The translations under genes were made by a program, and so were the position numbers. From positions 255 to 64,254 of the forward strand of contig CAYZTN010000001.1 in the NCBI GenBank assembly GCA_964481385.1: a stretch of DNA of 64,000 nt, given 5' to 3'. Below, in pieces: positions 30,610 to 41,218 of this stretch. The stretch comes from an uncultured Clostridium sp. GTDB lineage: Bacteria > Bacillota > Clostridia > TANB77 > CAG-465. Position 1 is the stretch's first letter. Every line of letters starts with the position of its first letter. The notes under the pieces were generated by a model, which searched no databases, was not told where the DNA came from, and worked only from the letters and a program-made list of their open reading frames with translations.

Positions 30610-32443
30610 TTAGAAGCCTCCGCCTCCGCCACCTCCGCCGCCAGAACCTCCTCCGCAAGAGAAGCCACCACCAGAATCTGAAATTGGAGGAGTAAAAGCA
30701 GTATTCGTCGCGCTACAAAACATACTATTAAACGTAGAAAATGTACTAATATCTCTACAGAAACTCATAATTGCATAATCCGTATATAAATTTATATTTG
30801 TTTCCGCTAATTCCCTAGGATATTTTACCTTTAATTGTTCGATTACTTTCTTAGCTTTCCCAAGAGCTACCGCATATACCAAATAATGTTCCCACAAAAC
30901 AAGAGACTGTACAGTACAATCTTTCATTTTACTAAAGTCATCTAAAAACTTTGAAAATGCATTCCACATAGCTTTATGTGTTATTCCTTTCCTAGTGCAT
31001 CTTAAATTACCCGACACTTTACCATAAGCCATACCAGCCGTCAATAAATATGTGAAGCTCAATACTAAACCACTATCATATACATCTTCGAAAAGATACA
31101 ACCTACCATATACAATAGTTATAACTAACATAAACGCAGGTATTAAAATTAACCCGCCAGCATCCTTTAAACGGACTTGTTTTAGATCTAATTAAACCTC
31201 GTGCCTTTGCATCTTCTTTTATTTTCTTTTGCCAAATGTCTTTTTTATCAACTGCAGCACTTTGTTCCGAACTCGTGCTAAATCTTTTTTTGAAATCCTC
31301 TAAAGCAAACTTAGTTTCTCTATCAAACAATATGTTTAACGCAAAATATCTCTCATTATCCATAACAGTTTCATCTTTTTCTAATTCTTCTTTATCTATC
31401 AACTCTAATTCAAAATCTTGTACGTTATCTTTATCGTTTTTTATTTCTGTAATTTTAATATGACCTTTTCTTGCTAAATTCATTATTATAGCTGGTCCTA
31501 CTCTAGTATCTTCCATGATACCTAACAGCTCTGCCATTACCGCTGGGCCATAATCTTCAGGAATTTTTCTGTAATACTCTCCATCAAAGTCTGATGCTTC
31601 AAACTCTTTTTTCTTTTTTCTATACCAAATAATTGGGCAGACAATTATCAAAAAAGTATCTATTATTATTAAATATACAGCGATTTTAGCCATGTCTTTT
31701 TTATCATTCGCCTGTTTCGCAAGATTTTCCTCTTCTTTTAAAATATCTTCTAAACCATTTGTTTTGTACGTCTTTTTTACATTACCAAAAAGAGAAGCAT
31801 CCATTAACATTCTTGCTGTAACCTCTGTACCAGCACTTACGTCAGTTACGCTTAATACTAGCGTATCTCCATTTTTAACATCTGTTATTCAATTTAATGG
31901 TCCATGCCCCCAACCTTTTAAGTCTTTTGAAACTCCTGGCGCGGTTATTTTAATATTTACACTACTTATTTTAAACTTCCATCCACTACCTATAAAATTC
32001 CAATGAAGTTCTGCTACATCTGCATATTTTAAAACAACATCGTGCAATATATATGTAATTTTTAGATTTTTTGATTCATAACTACTTGGAGTAAATACTT
32101 TAACTTGTTTTCCACCGTTAATACTGTTCAAGTTATACTTCCCCTCTGTACCAACTGGTAGTTCAAGAGCTGAATAAGTATATTTTTTCCCATTTACTTG
32201 TACATCAGCAACACTAATACCACTTGCACCATACTTATCATTGCTAGCTAATATAATGTCTCTATACAAACCATCAAGCGAACCAGATATTCTAAAATTC
32301 AAATCTTCGGTAACCTGCATATCTCCATTTTTTAAAATTACGGCATCTATGTTTATGCTGTTTAATTTTGCTTCTGCTGCAAAAATAGTTGCAGTAAGCA
32401 TCACTGGTATAATACACAAAAGTATTTTTAATAATCTTTTCAT
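30610..32443 (-). pseudogene. DUF2207-family membrane protein, disrupted (one in-frame TGA + one frameshift)
   Basis: Three ORFs: 31889-32443 (signal peptide + DUF2207 N-domain), 31103-31810, and 30610-31131 (TM + Gly-rich tail SGGGFSCGGGSGGGGGGGGGF typical of DUF2207). The first two are in the same frame, separated by a TGA at 31889-31891. The last is shifted near 31105-31160. Confidence 0.6.
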
Positions 32444-32461
32444 AAGTGCGTTCCCTCTTAT

Positions 32462-35056
32462 TTATTCCATTTTTTCTTTTAATTTATACAATGTGTCTAA
32501 CGCATCTTTTGCAGTTAGTTCGTCAAGACACAATTTATCTAATATACGTCCTACTTCTACTAATTTGTAATTAAACATATCTACTTGCATTGTCTTTGAG
32601 TCTATTGGTTTTACCGTATTTTTGTTTGCTTCTTTTAATGTAGAATGTTTTTCCAAATCATTTAATATTACCTTAGCCCTGTTTACTATCGTGTTTGAAA
32701 TCCCTGCAAGACGTGCTACATATATACCATATGAGCCGTCAGCTGCTCCTTCTACTATTTTTCTTAGAAAAATTACGTCTTCGCCTTTTTCTTTTACTGC
32801 AACTGAGAAATTCTTTACACCATCTAGCTCTTGTTCTAAATCTTTAAGCTCGTGATAGTGTGTTGCAAATAACGTTTTAGCACCTAGCTTTTCCTTGTTT
32901 GCAATATGCTCTACCGTAGCCCACGCTATTGCCATACCGTCATATGTAGAAGTTCCTCTTCCTATTTCGTCTAGTATTACAAGTGACTTGTTTGTTGCAT
33001 TATCTAATATATTCGCAAGTTCACTCATTTCAACCATAAATGTAGATTCTCCGCTAGCTAAGTCATCACTTGCACCAACACGTGTAAATATTCTATCTAC
33101 AATTCCTATTTCCGCTTCATTAGCTGGTACAAAACTTCCTATTTGAGCCATATATGTAATTAATGCAACCTGTCTCATATATGTAGATTTACCTGCCATA
33201 TTAGGCCCAGTTATAATATGGAAACGGTAATCATTGCAGTTTAAAAATGTATCGTTTGGTATAAACGGTGCATTTACATTCTTTTCAACAACCGGATGTC
33301 TACCTGAAACAATTTTAATTTCATCTGTATTAGTAATTTTAGGCATTACATAGTTGTTATCTGTTGCAACTGTTGCAAAGCTACAAAGTGTATCTAGTAC
33401 CGCTATTGCTTCAGCAGACTTTTGTATTCTTACAACTTCTTTTGAAATTGTATCTCTTATTTCTGTAAATAATTTATACTCTAAATCCACTAATTTATCT
33501 TCGCTGCCTAAAATCTTATCTTCTATTTCTTTTAACTCTGGAGTTATAAACCTCTCTTTGTCTGCAAGAGTTTGCTTTCTAATATATCTTCCTTCTGGTA
33601 TATCTTTGTAATTAGATTTAGTTATTTCTATATAATATCCAAATACTCTGTTATATCCAATTTTCAGTCCTTTAATACCAGTTTCTTCACGTTCCCTCGC
33701 TTCTAAGTTCATAATCCAACTTTTTCCGTCACGACTTGCACTTCTTAGTTCGTCCACTTCCGTATTAAACCCAGATTTAATTAACCCGCCTTCTTTAATA
33801 ACTAGTGGTGGTTCTTCTTCTATTGCTTTTTCTACTAATTCAAATATATCTTGAAGGTCGTCAATATTTGTTTCTACTTTTCTTAAAAGCCTCGTTCCAT
33901 CTTTATCTTTTTTTTCAATTAACGCTTGCAAACTTTTTTTAATTGCAGGAAATACTGCAAATGAGTTTTTAAGACATATAAGGTCACGGCCATTACAATT
34001 ACCATTAGTAAGCTTAGTTGTAATACGTTGCGTATCTCTTACACTTTTTAAAAGCATTACAAGTTCGTCTTTTGCAAACATATTGTTATTTAAAACACTT
34101 ACAGCATTTAATCTTTCTTCAATTTCGTCCTTATTAAGAAGTGGATTTTCTACCCAATTTCTTAACTTTCTTGCTCCCATTGCAGTAACAGTTTTATCTA
34201 GCACCCATAAAAGACTTCCTTTTTTTGTTTTTTCCCTATTAGATTCCACAATTTCAAGATTTCTTCTTGTATTTGCGTCTAGCCTCATACAACTTTCTAT
34301 GCTATACTTCTTTATATCATTTATCTGAGATACAGTATTTTTTTGAGTTTCAAATATATAATTTAAAAGAAGTACCAAACTCTTTGTTTCTGCTATGTTA
34401 TATTTATCTTTTAATATATTTAATTCATTTAGTTTTTCAACACTTTCATTTAAATATCTAGATACATATATTTTATCTCGTTTTATAACATTATCTATGA
34501 TATATTTATCACTTAAAACGCTATCTTCTAATACAAGCTCTTTTGGTCTTAGTTTTAACACTTCGTCAATTAGCTTATATGGTGCGTTTATATCGTCACT
34601 ACTTGTAACAAAACATTCACCAGTTGAAATATCAGCATAACTTAATGCGTATGTTCTGCCAAGCTCATATATATTTGCTACAAAGTTATTTTGCGTTTCG
34701 TCTAAGAGCTCATTTTCTGTAATAGTTCCAGGTGTTACGAGTTTAGTTATTTCTCTTTTAACAAGTCCTTTTGCTAAAGCTGGGTCCTCTACCTGCTCAC
34801 ATATGGCTACTTTATATCCTTTTTCTATAAGGCGAGCAACATACATATCTGAACTATGAAATGGAACGCCACACATTGGCGCACGTTTTTCTAAACCACA
34901 ATCTCTACCTGTAAGTGTTAAGTCAAGCTCACGACTTACAAGCTCAGCTTGGTCAAAAAACATCTCATAAAAATCTCCAAGTCTAAAAAAAAGAATTGCG
35001 TCTGAATACTTTTCTCTCATTTCCATATATTGTTGCATCATAGGTGACAATGCCAT
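32462..35056 (-). CDS. mutS: DNA mismatch repair protein MutS
   Basis: 864 aa. Walker A GPNMAGKST, DEIGRGTST. Confidence 0.95.
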   Translation of the reverse strand: MALSPMMQQYMEMREKYSDAILFFRLGDFYEMFFDQAELVSRELDLTLTGRDCGLEKRAPMCGVPFHSSDMYVARLIEKGYKVAICEQVEDPALAKGLVKREITKLVTPGTITENELLDETQNNFVANIYELGRTYALSYADISTGECFVTSSDDINAPYKLIDEVLKLRPKELVLEDSVLSDKYIIDNVIKRDKIYVSRYLNESVEKLNELNILKDKYNIAETKSLVLLLNYIFETQKNTVSQINDIKKYSIESCMRLDANTRRNLEIVESNREKTKKGSLLWVLDKTVTAMGARKLRNWVENPLLNKDEIEERLNAVSVLNNNMFAKDELVMLLKSVRDTQRITTKLTNGNCNGRDLICLKNSFAVFPAIKKSLQALIEKKDKDGTRLLRKVETNIDDLQDIFELVEKAIEEEPPLVIKEGGLIKSGFNTEVDELRSASRDGKSWIMNLEAREREETGIKGLKIGYNRVFGYYIEITKSNYKDIPEGRYIRKQTLADKERFITPELKEIEDKILGSEDKLVDLEYKLFTEIRDTISKEVVRIQKSAEAIAVLDTLCSFATVATDNNYVMPKITNTDEIKIVSGRHPVVEKNVNAPFIPNDTFLNCNDYRFHIITGPNMAGKSTYMRQVALITYMAQIGSFVPANEAEIGIVDRIFTRVGASDDLASGESTFMVEMSELANILDNATNKSLVILDEIGRGTSTYDGMAIAWATVEHIANKEKLGAKTLFATHYHELKDLEQELDGVKNFSVAVKEKGEDVIFLRKIVEGAADGSYGIYVARLAGISNTIVNRAKVILNDLEKHSTLKEANKNTVKPIDSKTMQVDMFNYKLVEVGRILDKLCLDELTAKDALDTLYKLKEKME

Positions 35057-35170
35057 AATAATTCCCCCAAATTCTGTGACAAATTATATCACGTAAATGC
35101 ATAAAAAACAAGAAAAAATTTATGTCTCGCTTTCAAGATTTTACGACAAATAAAAAAACAAGCCAAAGTA

Positions 35171-35455
35171 TTAAACCTTAACTTGTTTATCTCCGTCAAT
35201 TAAAATAAGTGAATAAAAATCTGTGTGATAACCAATATTTTCCGCATTAAATCTCTTGCAATTTTTTATTCTGCTTTCAAAAAAAGGTATTGTAGTTTCT
35301 TGCATTTCTTCTTTCAGCAAATTCAAAATTCTTTCTCCATTTTTTTCAAGCAACATAATTTTATCTTTATCTGGAACATATACATAAGTATTTTCTTCAA
35401 TAGTCAACTCCCCGATCTTCTCATTTTTATATGCAACAACATACTTCTCTACCAT
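35171..35455 (-). CDS. HipS-like protein (HipA N-terminal-subdomain-like small protein)
   Basis: 94 aa. KYVVAYKNEKIGELTIEENTYVYVPD ... IPFFESRIKN resembles the HipA N-subdomain-1 / HipS pattern. Confidence 0.4.
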   Translation of the reverse strand: MVEKYVVAYKNEKIGELTIEENTYVYVPDKDKIMLLEKNGERILNLLKEEMQETTIPFFESRIKNCKRFNAENIGYHTDFYSLILIDGDKQVKV

Positions 35456-35539
35456 GTGCGCATTCTCCTTTCATTTCATTAGAAATGTAATATATTTTTC
35501 AACAAGTGAAATTATATCACATTTTTGTAGTTATGTCAA

Positions 35540-36529
35540 CTATCTTGTCTGTCCTATATCTTCTGGCTCATACCCCATACACATAACTTTGTCTATTTCT
35601 TTTTTTCTAGAATTAAATGACATAAGTGCAACCGCCCTAACATGTTCAGGAATTTTAGCATTAATCCTAGTCTCAACGCTATCCATTGCTTGCTCTATAT
35701 CCAAATTTTCATAGCAATCCATCATAAAATCATAAATATCATCATCTGTACAAAGCTCATCCAAAGTATATTTCCAAAGTGAAACCTGTTCACCATCAGT
35801 CGGCAAAACGCTAATTTTGGGATCTACCTTATCCATACTACGTTTTACTCCTACTGGATTCTCAGCTAATCTTTTTAGCAAATCATTATCCATATCTAAC
35901 ATAAGACTATGCTCATTGTCATACAACGGAGCTAGACGCAATTTCCCGTTTTCGTCAGATATAAGACTGATATTTTCGGTATGCCTATCCGCCTCACCAA
36001 CAAACATATCAAAAGCTAATATTTTTTCTATGCCCGTAACAAAGCTTCTTGTTTCTTCTTTCGAAAGGCCTTCCTTTTTCATACTAGCAATAGTCTTTTT
36101 TAACACATCTACAGCATCAACTACATCTATATAATCTGGGTTATCACAAGTGTTACCTATAAAAGAATCTAAACTATATAATTGCTCATTATCTTTTAAC
36201 ACGCTATATGATAGAATTCCGTTTTTTCCATCTTTTTTTACCAAATCGCAATGAGCACACTCTATACCAGCTTGACGTGCCAATTCTTCAACAATAAGCT
36301 CTGAATAAGCACTTGCATTTGGAACATCATCTAACATCATAGTTTCCTTATACAACGCTTTTGTGCCATTTAAATCTAACCAGTTTTTATCTCTAAACTC
36401 TGTACCCATCATTTCTCTAGATCCTTTTGGGAATAGTATATTTAACTTATCTAAATTAATATATCCTTCTTCGTCTCTAAAAGTTTCTAAATTCTCAGGA
36501 CTTGTATTTGTTATAGCATATTCTGCCAC
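35540..36529 (-). CDS. HipA/HipT-family serine/threonine kinase-like protein
   Basis: 329 aa. Catalytic-loop-like FDMFVGEADRHTENISLI (D-x-H-x-x-N) and LAPLYDNEHSL (the HipA APxYD motif). Size matches HipT (~335 aa). Confidence 0.5.
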   Translation of the reverse strand: MAEYAITNTSPENLETFRDEEGYINLDKLNILFPKGSREMMGTEFRDKNWLDLNGTKALYKETMMLDDVPNASAYSELIVEELARQAGIECAHCDLVKKDGKNGILSYSVLKDNEQLYSLDSFIGNTCDNPDYIDVVDAVDVLKKTIASMKKEGLSKEETRSFVTGIEKILAFDMFVGEADRHTENISLISDENGKLRLAPLYDNEHSLMLDMDNDLLKRLAENPVGVKRSMDKVDPKISVLPTDGEQVSLWKYTLDELCTDDDIYDFMMDCYENLDIEQAMDSVETRINAKIPEHVRAVALMSFNSRKKEIDKVMCMGYEPEDIGQTR

Positions 36530-36561
36530 TTTAACTCACCTCTTATGTTTATTGTATATAT

Positions 36562-37620
36562 TTATTCTCCTGCTTGCAATCTTTCTGCTTTATCAAAAGC
36601 TTGAAGTGCCTCTAGTAATTCTTCAATATTTCCATTCATAAAGCTTTCTAATTGATATATTGTATAGTTAATTCTGTGGTCAGTAACCCTGCCTTGTGGA
36701 TAGTTATACGTTCTTATCTTTTCACTTCTTGCACCACTTCCAACTTGAAGTTTTCTTGTAGAAGCAATTTCGCTATTTTGTTTTTCTTTCATATAATCAT
36801 ATAGTTTAGCCTTAAGCATTCTCATACAAGACTCTCTATTTTGTATCTGTGAACGTTCAGTCTGACAAGATACAACAAAGCCTGTTGGAATATGCGTAAT
36901 TCTTACTGCAGAATCAGTTTTGTTTATGTGCTGTCCGCCAGCTCCACTTGCTCTATATGTATCAAATTTTAAATCTGCTGGGTTAATCTCCACTTCTATA
37001 TCTTCAACCTCAGGTAGCACCGCAACTGTTACAGTTGAAGTATGTATTCTTCCGCTTGCTTCAGTTTCTGGAACACGTTGTACTCTATGAACTCCGCTTT
37101 CAAACTTTAACTTACTGTACGCCCCTTTTCCTTTTATCATAAAAGATATTTCTTTAATGCCACCAAGTTCAGTTTCGTTTAAATCCATAACTTCAACTTG
37201 CCAATGCATAAGGTCTGCATACATCGAATACATTCTGTACAAATTATATGCAAAAAGTGTAGCTTCTTCTCCACCTGCTCCACCACGTATTTCAATAATT
37301 ACGTTGCTATCGTCTGCCTCGTCTTTTGGAAGTAGCATTATTTTTAATTCTTCTTCTATTTCTCCAAGTTTTTCCTTGTTTTCATAATACTCTACTTCAG
37401 CCATTTCTTTCATTTCAGCATCGCTCATAAGTTCCTCGGCCTCGTCCATATTTTGCTTAGTCTTTTTGTATTCTCTATACTTTTCAACTATCTCAGTCAA
37501 ACCAGAATGTTCTTTCATGTATTTTTTAAATGTATTTGTATCTGCAATTACTGCTGGATCAGATATAAGCTGATTTAATTCCTCATATCTTGCTTCTACT
37601 TGTTCTAACTTTTCTAACAT
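36562..37620 (-). CDS. prfA: Peptide chain release factor 1
   Basis: GGQ motif ([12 protein letters not shown]) and PxT motif (PETEAS). Start reassigned to [15 protein letters not shown] with RBS GAGGTAAGG; the ORF-track start is 37668. Confidence 0.95.
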   Translation of the reverse strand: MLEKLEQVEARYEELNQLISDPAVIADTNTFKKYMKEHSGLTEIVEKYREYKKTKQNMDEAEELMSDAEMKEMAEVEYYENKEKLGEIEEELKIMLLPKDEADDSNVIIEIRGGAGGEEATLFAYNLYRMYSMYADLMHWQVEVMDLNETELGGIKEISFMIKGKGAYSKLKFESGVHRVQRVPETEASGRIHTSTVTVAVLPEVEDIEVEINPADLKFDTYRASGAGGQHINKTDSAVRITHIPTGFVVSCQTERSQIQNRESCMRMLKAKLYDYMKEKQNSEIASTRKLQVGSGARSEKIRTYNYPQGRVTDHRINYTIYQLESFMNGNIEELLEALQAFDKAERLQAGE

Positions 37621-37698
37621 TTTCCTTACCTCATATATTATTTTAACATGTATACTAAAATTTTTCAAGACATATATTGTTATATGAAGGAGGGAATC

Positions 37699-37818
37699 TT
37701 GGTTTCATTAGTGTCATGCTGTCATTGGGGACGTTTCTCTTTGACACTGCATATATAATTTTAAGGTTTGTGTCAAAGAGAAACGTCCCCAATGACAGCA
37801 TGACACTAATGAAACCAA
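37699..37818. repeat. Palindromic repeat, copy 2 (120 bp, ~49-bp perfect arms containing GTCATTGGGGACGTTTC)
   Basis: TTGGTTTCATTAGTGTCATGCTGTCATTGGGGACGTTTCTCTTTGACAC ... exact reverse complement. Sits in the divergent prfA / GT2 intergenic region. Confidence 0.85.
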
Positions 37819-37831
37819 ATAACAAAATATT

Positions 37832-38920
37832 ATGATTTCGCTTAGCGTTTGTATGATAGTCAAAAATGAAGAAAAAGTTCTCGAACGATGTCTTACCTGC
37901 ATTAAAAAAACTGCTGATGAAATAGTTATTGTAGATACTGGTTCAACTGATAAAACTAAAGAAATTGCTAAAAAATTCACAGATAAAATATACGATTTTG
38001 AATGGATAGACGATTTCTCTGCTGCCAGAAACTATTCGTTTTCAAAAGCTACAAAAGAATATATTATGTGGCTTGACGCCGATGATGTTATACTAGAAAA
38101 AGACCAACAAAAGTTACTTGAACTAAAAGAAACTTTAGATGGAAATATAGACATGGTGCTTTTAAAGTATAACACAGGATTTGACGAAAATGGCAACGTC
38201 ACTTTCTCATACTACAGAGAACGTATTTTAAAAAAAGCTGTAGGTTACACATGGCTTAGTCCAATACACGAAGTTATACCCATTTCAGGGAACACGCTAT
38301 ACAGTGACATTTGTATAACCCATAAAAAGTGTGGTGTATCTAACCCTAAACGAAACCTAGAAATATTTGATAACATGTTAAAAAAAGGAATTAAACTAGA
38401 CCCTAGGCAACAATTTTATTACGCTCGTGAACTTTATTATACCAAAAGGTACACTGAAGCTATAACTAACTTTAATGCTGTTCTAGACAATGAACAAGCG
38501 TGGATTGAAAATAAAATAAACGCATGTCTAGATTTATATAACTGCTATATTGCTTTAAACGATAAAACAAATGCATTTCTTGCGCTTACTCATAGTTTTA
38601 TATATGACTTACCTAGAGCCGAAATATGCTGTGAGCTTGGAAGTTTTTTCATGGATAACAACAAATATGATCTAGCTTCACATTGGTATAAACAAGCTTT
38701 AAACTGTAAACTAGACACAACTCGCGGTGGTTTTTATATGCTTGACTGCTATAAATATATACCATATATAGAGCTTTGTGTATGCAGTTTTAGGTTAGGA
38801 GATATTTCTCAAGCAATTAAATATAACGAACTGGCAGGAGTTGAAAAGCCTACTAGCAAAGAATACCTATATAACAAGGAGTTTTTTGAAAAACAAAATA
38901 CACAAAACAAATCAAATTAA
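37832..38920 (+). CDS. Family-2 glycosyltransferase with C-terminal TPR-like repeats
   Basis: 362 aa. N-terminus ISLSVCMIVKNEEKVLERCL...DEIVIVDTGSTDKT...WLDADDV is GT-A/GT2. The helical repeat C-terminus resembles spore-surface glycosyltransferases. Confidence 0.8.
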   Translation: MISLSVCMIVKNEEKVLERCLTCIKKTADEIVIVDTGSTDKTKEIAKKFTDKIYDFEWIDDFSAARNYSFSKATKEYIMWLDADDVILEKDQQKLLELKETLDGNIDMVLLKYNTGFDENGNVTFSYYRERILKKAVGYTWLSPIHEVIPISGNTLYSDICITHKKCGVSNPKRNLEIFDNMLKKGIKLDPRQQFYYARELYYTKRYTEAITNFNAVLDNEQAWIENKINACLDLYNCYIALNDKTNAFLALTHSFIYDLPRAEICCELGSFFMDNNKYDLASHWYKQALNCKLDTTRGGFYMLDCYKYIPYIELCVCSFRLGDISQAIKYNELAGVEKPTSKEYLYNKEFFEKQNTQNKSN

Positions 38921-38989
38921 CATTAAATAAACACTTTGCATAAAATATATAGAATTAAGTTTTAAACATATATATATAAGGAGGCGTTT

Positions 38990-40054
38990 ATGAATAATTG
39001 TTTTAACCCTTGCTGTCCACCTAAACCATGTGTATTAGTTGGGCCTCAAGGTATTCAAGGTTGCCAAGGCATTCCCGGACCTATAGGTCCTACTGGCCCA
39101 CAAGGTGTTCAAGGTATTCAAGGAATGCAAGGACCATGCGGACCAACAGGTGCAACAGGTGCTACTGGAATAACCGGTCCAACAGGAGCTACTGGAGCTA
39201 CTGGACCAACTGGAGAAACTGAAACCATAACTATCGCAAATACTGTTACAGGCGAGCCCGGTACAGAAGCAGCAGTAAACGAAAGAAAAGTAGGAAATGA
39301 ACACATATTGGAATTTGTAATACCACGTGGAACTGACGGAACTAGTGTGCAAATATTAGGCAGCTACCCTAGTTTACAAGAATTAGAAGAAAACGAGCCA
39401 ATTGGCCAAAAAGGAGACGCATATATAATAGATAAAGACTTATACGTATGGTCAGATAACGACAACAGATGGGTTAATGCAGGCGAAATAAAAGGACCTC
39501 AAGGAGAACCTGGAGAAAAGGGAGACCAAGGAGAACAGGGCATTCCTGGGCCTACACTAATTAGAAATGCATATCTTCTAACCTACAATGACGGGACATC
39601 TGAAGATGGAGTTCCTGTACCTACAAAAACTAAACTACCTATTGACAGAACCGAAATTAATATAGGAAATATTATAACATTAGATCCAAACGAAGAAACA
39701 GTTAAGTTTAATCTTATTGGACATTACAAAGTAACTTTTGTAGTCTCAGCTTATTCACAAAAGACAGATACAGATTTTGTGCCAGAAAAAGACTTTGTAT
39801 CGCTTGGTTTTAGGCAAGTAGGCACAGATAATATATATATTGGAGCAAGTAGTTGGAATTATGACGAAATTGCTATACAAGTAACTGGTCAAGGAATATT
39901 AGCAATTAATGATACTTCTCAGCTATATGAATTAGTAAATCTAGGACCAGAAACTATATATCTGCATTCACCAGATTTAAAGTATATTGATTCTAATTCT
40001 TACTTTACTAATCCACTTGTAAATATTTTAATTGAATATTTAGGTAGAGAATAA
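38990..40054 (+). CDS. Collagen-like (G-X-Y) triple-helix repeat protein, BclA-like exosporium/surface glycoprotein candidate
   Basis: 354 aa. Cys-rich N-terminus [14 protein letters not shown], about 25 GXY triplets ([14 protein letters not shown]...[13 protein letters not shown]), an interruption, more GXY ([20 protein letters not shown]), and a ~170-aa beta-rich C-terminal domain. Locally GC-rich. Confidence 0.85.
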   Translation: MNNCFNPCCPPKPCVLVGPQGIQGCQGIPGPIGPTGPQGVQGIQGMQGPCGPTGATGATGITGPTGATGATGPTGETETITIANTVTGEPGTEAAVNERKVGNEHILEFVIPRGTDGTSVQILGSYPSLQELEENEPIGQKGDAYIIDKDLYVWSDNDNRWVNAGEIKGPQGEPGEKGDQGEQGIPGPTLIRNAYLLTYNDGTSEDGVPVPTKTKLPIDRTEINIGNIITLDPNEETVKFNLIGHYKVTFVVSAYSQKTDTDFVPEKDFVSLGFRQVGTDNIYIGASSWNYDEIAIQVTGQGILAINDTSQLYELVNLGPETIYLHSPDLKYIDSNSYFTNPLVNILIEYLGRE

Positions 40055-40062
40055 TAATTAAC

Positions 40063-40212
40063 CAGTGTCATTAGAAACGTCCGGGACTGCTGAAAAAGTG
40101 AATTTATGGTAAACTTAAAATCTAAAAACCATTGATTTAAATGTTTGAATTTTTTAAAATATCGATTTTTTCAGTGCTCCCGAAACGTCCTAAATGACAC
40201 TGATTAATTATT
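40063..40212. repeat. Palindromic repeat, copy 3 (composite: CAGTGTCATTAGAAACGTCC... / ...GAAACGTCCTAAATGACACTGATTAATTA with ~70-bp insert)
   Basis: Outer arms CAGTGTCATT/AATGACACTG; inner arms GGGACTGCTGAAAAA / TTTTTCAGTGCTCCC. Same terminal CACTGATTAATTA as copy 5. Confidence 0.7.
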
Positions 40213-40259
40213 TTCCAATAAAAAATCCCAACACATGTTGAGACCTTTTATATATTATA

Positions 40260-41075
40260 TTACACTGCTGCCCTATTTGGCTGCATAGACTCTAATCTTA
40301 TCTTATCTGCAATCATTGCAATAAATTCCGAGTTTGTTGGCTTACCTTTGTTAGAATTTACAGTATAACCAAATATTTTATCATGCATAGCAATTTCTCC
40401 ACGGTTCCATGCTACTTCTATTGCATGCCTTATCGCACGTTCTACTCTTGATGGAGTAGTCTTATACTTCTTAGCAAGCAACGGATACATTGTCTTTGTG
40501 ATAGCATTTATTATTTCTTCATTCTCCACTGAAATAATTATTGCTTCCCTCAGATATTGATATCCTTTAATATGAGCTGGCACACCTAGATCATGAATTA
40601 TATTTGTCACTTTCACTTCCACAGGTTCACCTTTTTGCATAGGCGCATGTGCTGTAACATACTTTGTGCCTTTGTTTTCATAAAACACAGCTGGCTCGTT
40701 ACTTAACATTTCTTTTAACCTGTTTGTTAATGTTTCCAAGTCGAAAGGCTTTATAACATAATATGCTGCGCCAAGCGCTATCGCCTTTCTCGTTATTTTT
40801 TCTTGTCCTATTGCGGACATTACAACAGTAAACGGTTTCTTTTCCAATACTGTTTCATTTAGTTCTTCTAAAACAACCAAGCCATCTTTTTCTGGCATTA
40901 TTATATCTAGCAATAAAATATCTGGTCTTAGCTCTTTAATCTTAGGAATTACGTTTGTACCATCGTTTAAGCTACCTACTACTTCCATACCACTTTGGGC
41001 ATTAATATACATCGTTATTAGTTTGACAAATTCTGCGTTATCATCTACAATCATTACTTTCAATTTTTCTTCCAT
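40260..41075 (-). CDS. spo0A: Sporulation master regulator Spo0A
   Basis: 271 aa. Receiver domain (MIVDDNAEF...LLLDIIMP) and the Spo0A-specific C-terminal DNA-binding domain ([16 protein letters not shown]...[15 protein letters not shown]). Confidence 0.9.
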   Translation of the reverse strand: MEEKLKVMIVDDNAEFVKLITMYINAQSGMEVVGSLNDGTNVIPKIKELRPDILLLDIIMPEKDGLVVLEELNETVLEKKPFTVVMSAIGQEKITRKAIALGAAYYVIKPFDLETLTNRLKEMLSNEPAVFYENKGTKYVTAHAPMQKGEPVEVKVTNIIHDLGVPAHIKGYQYLREAIIISVENEEIINAITKTMYPLLAKKYKTTPSRVERAIRHAIEVAWNRGEIAMHDKIFGYTVNSNKGKPTNSEFIAMIADKIRLESMQPNRAAV

Positions 41076-41218
41076 TTTTCCTCCTAATTTTTTCCAGCCG
41101 ACAATTATATTTTACTCTCCAAAAGCTCAGTTTTCAAGCTTTTTTAGCGGAAAGTTTTGTATATTTGTGTCGATTTTAAGAAAAGAAAATCGAAAATTTT
41201 TAAATATAAATTTACACT

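Noticed and set aside
31889-31891. In-frame TGA in DUF2207 as selenocysteine or an alternative genetic code (TGA=Trp/Gly)
   Set aside because: All other genes terminate and read normally with the standard code. There is no SECIS-like context. The same gene also carries a true frameshift. A nonsense mutation is the simplest explanation.
37714-37980. Minus-strand 88-aa ORF
   Set aside because: Runs through the 120-bp palindromic repeat and into the start of the GT2 gene. Not coding.
39028-39352. Three overlapping ORFs in other frames of the collagen-repeat region
   Set aside because: Artefacts of the GC-rich GXY triplet repeat. The plus-strand collagen ORF is the coherent one.
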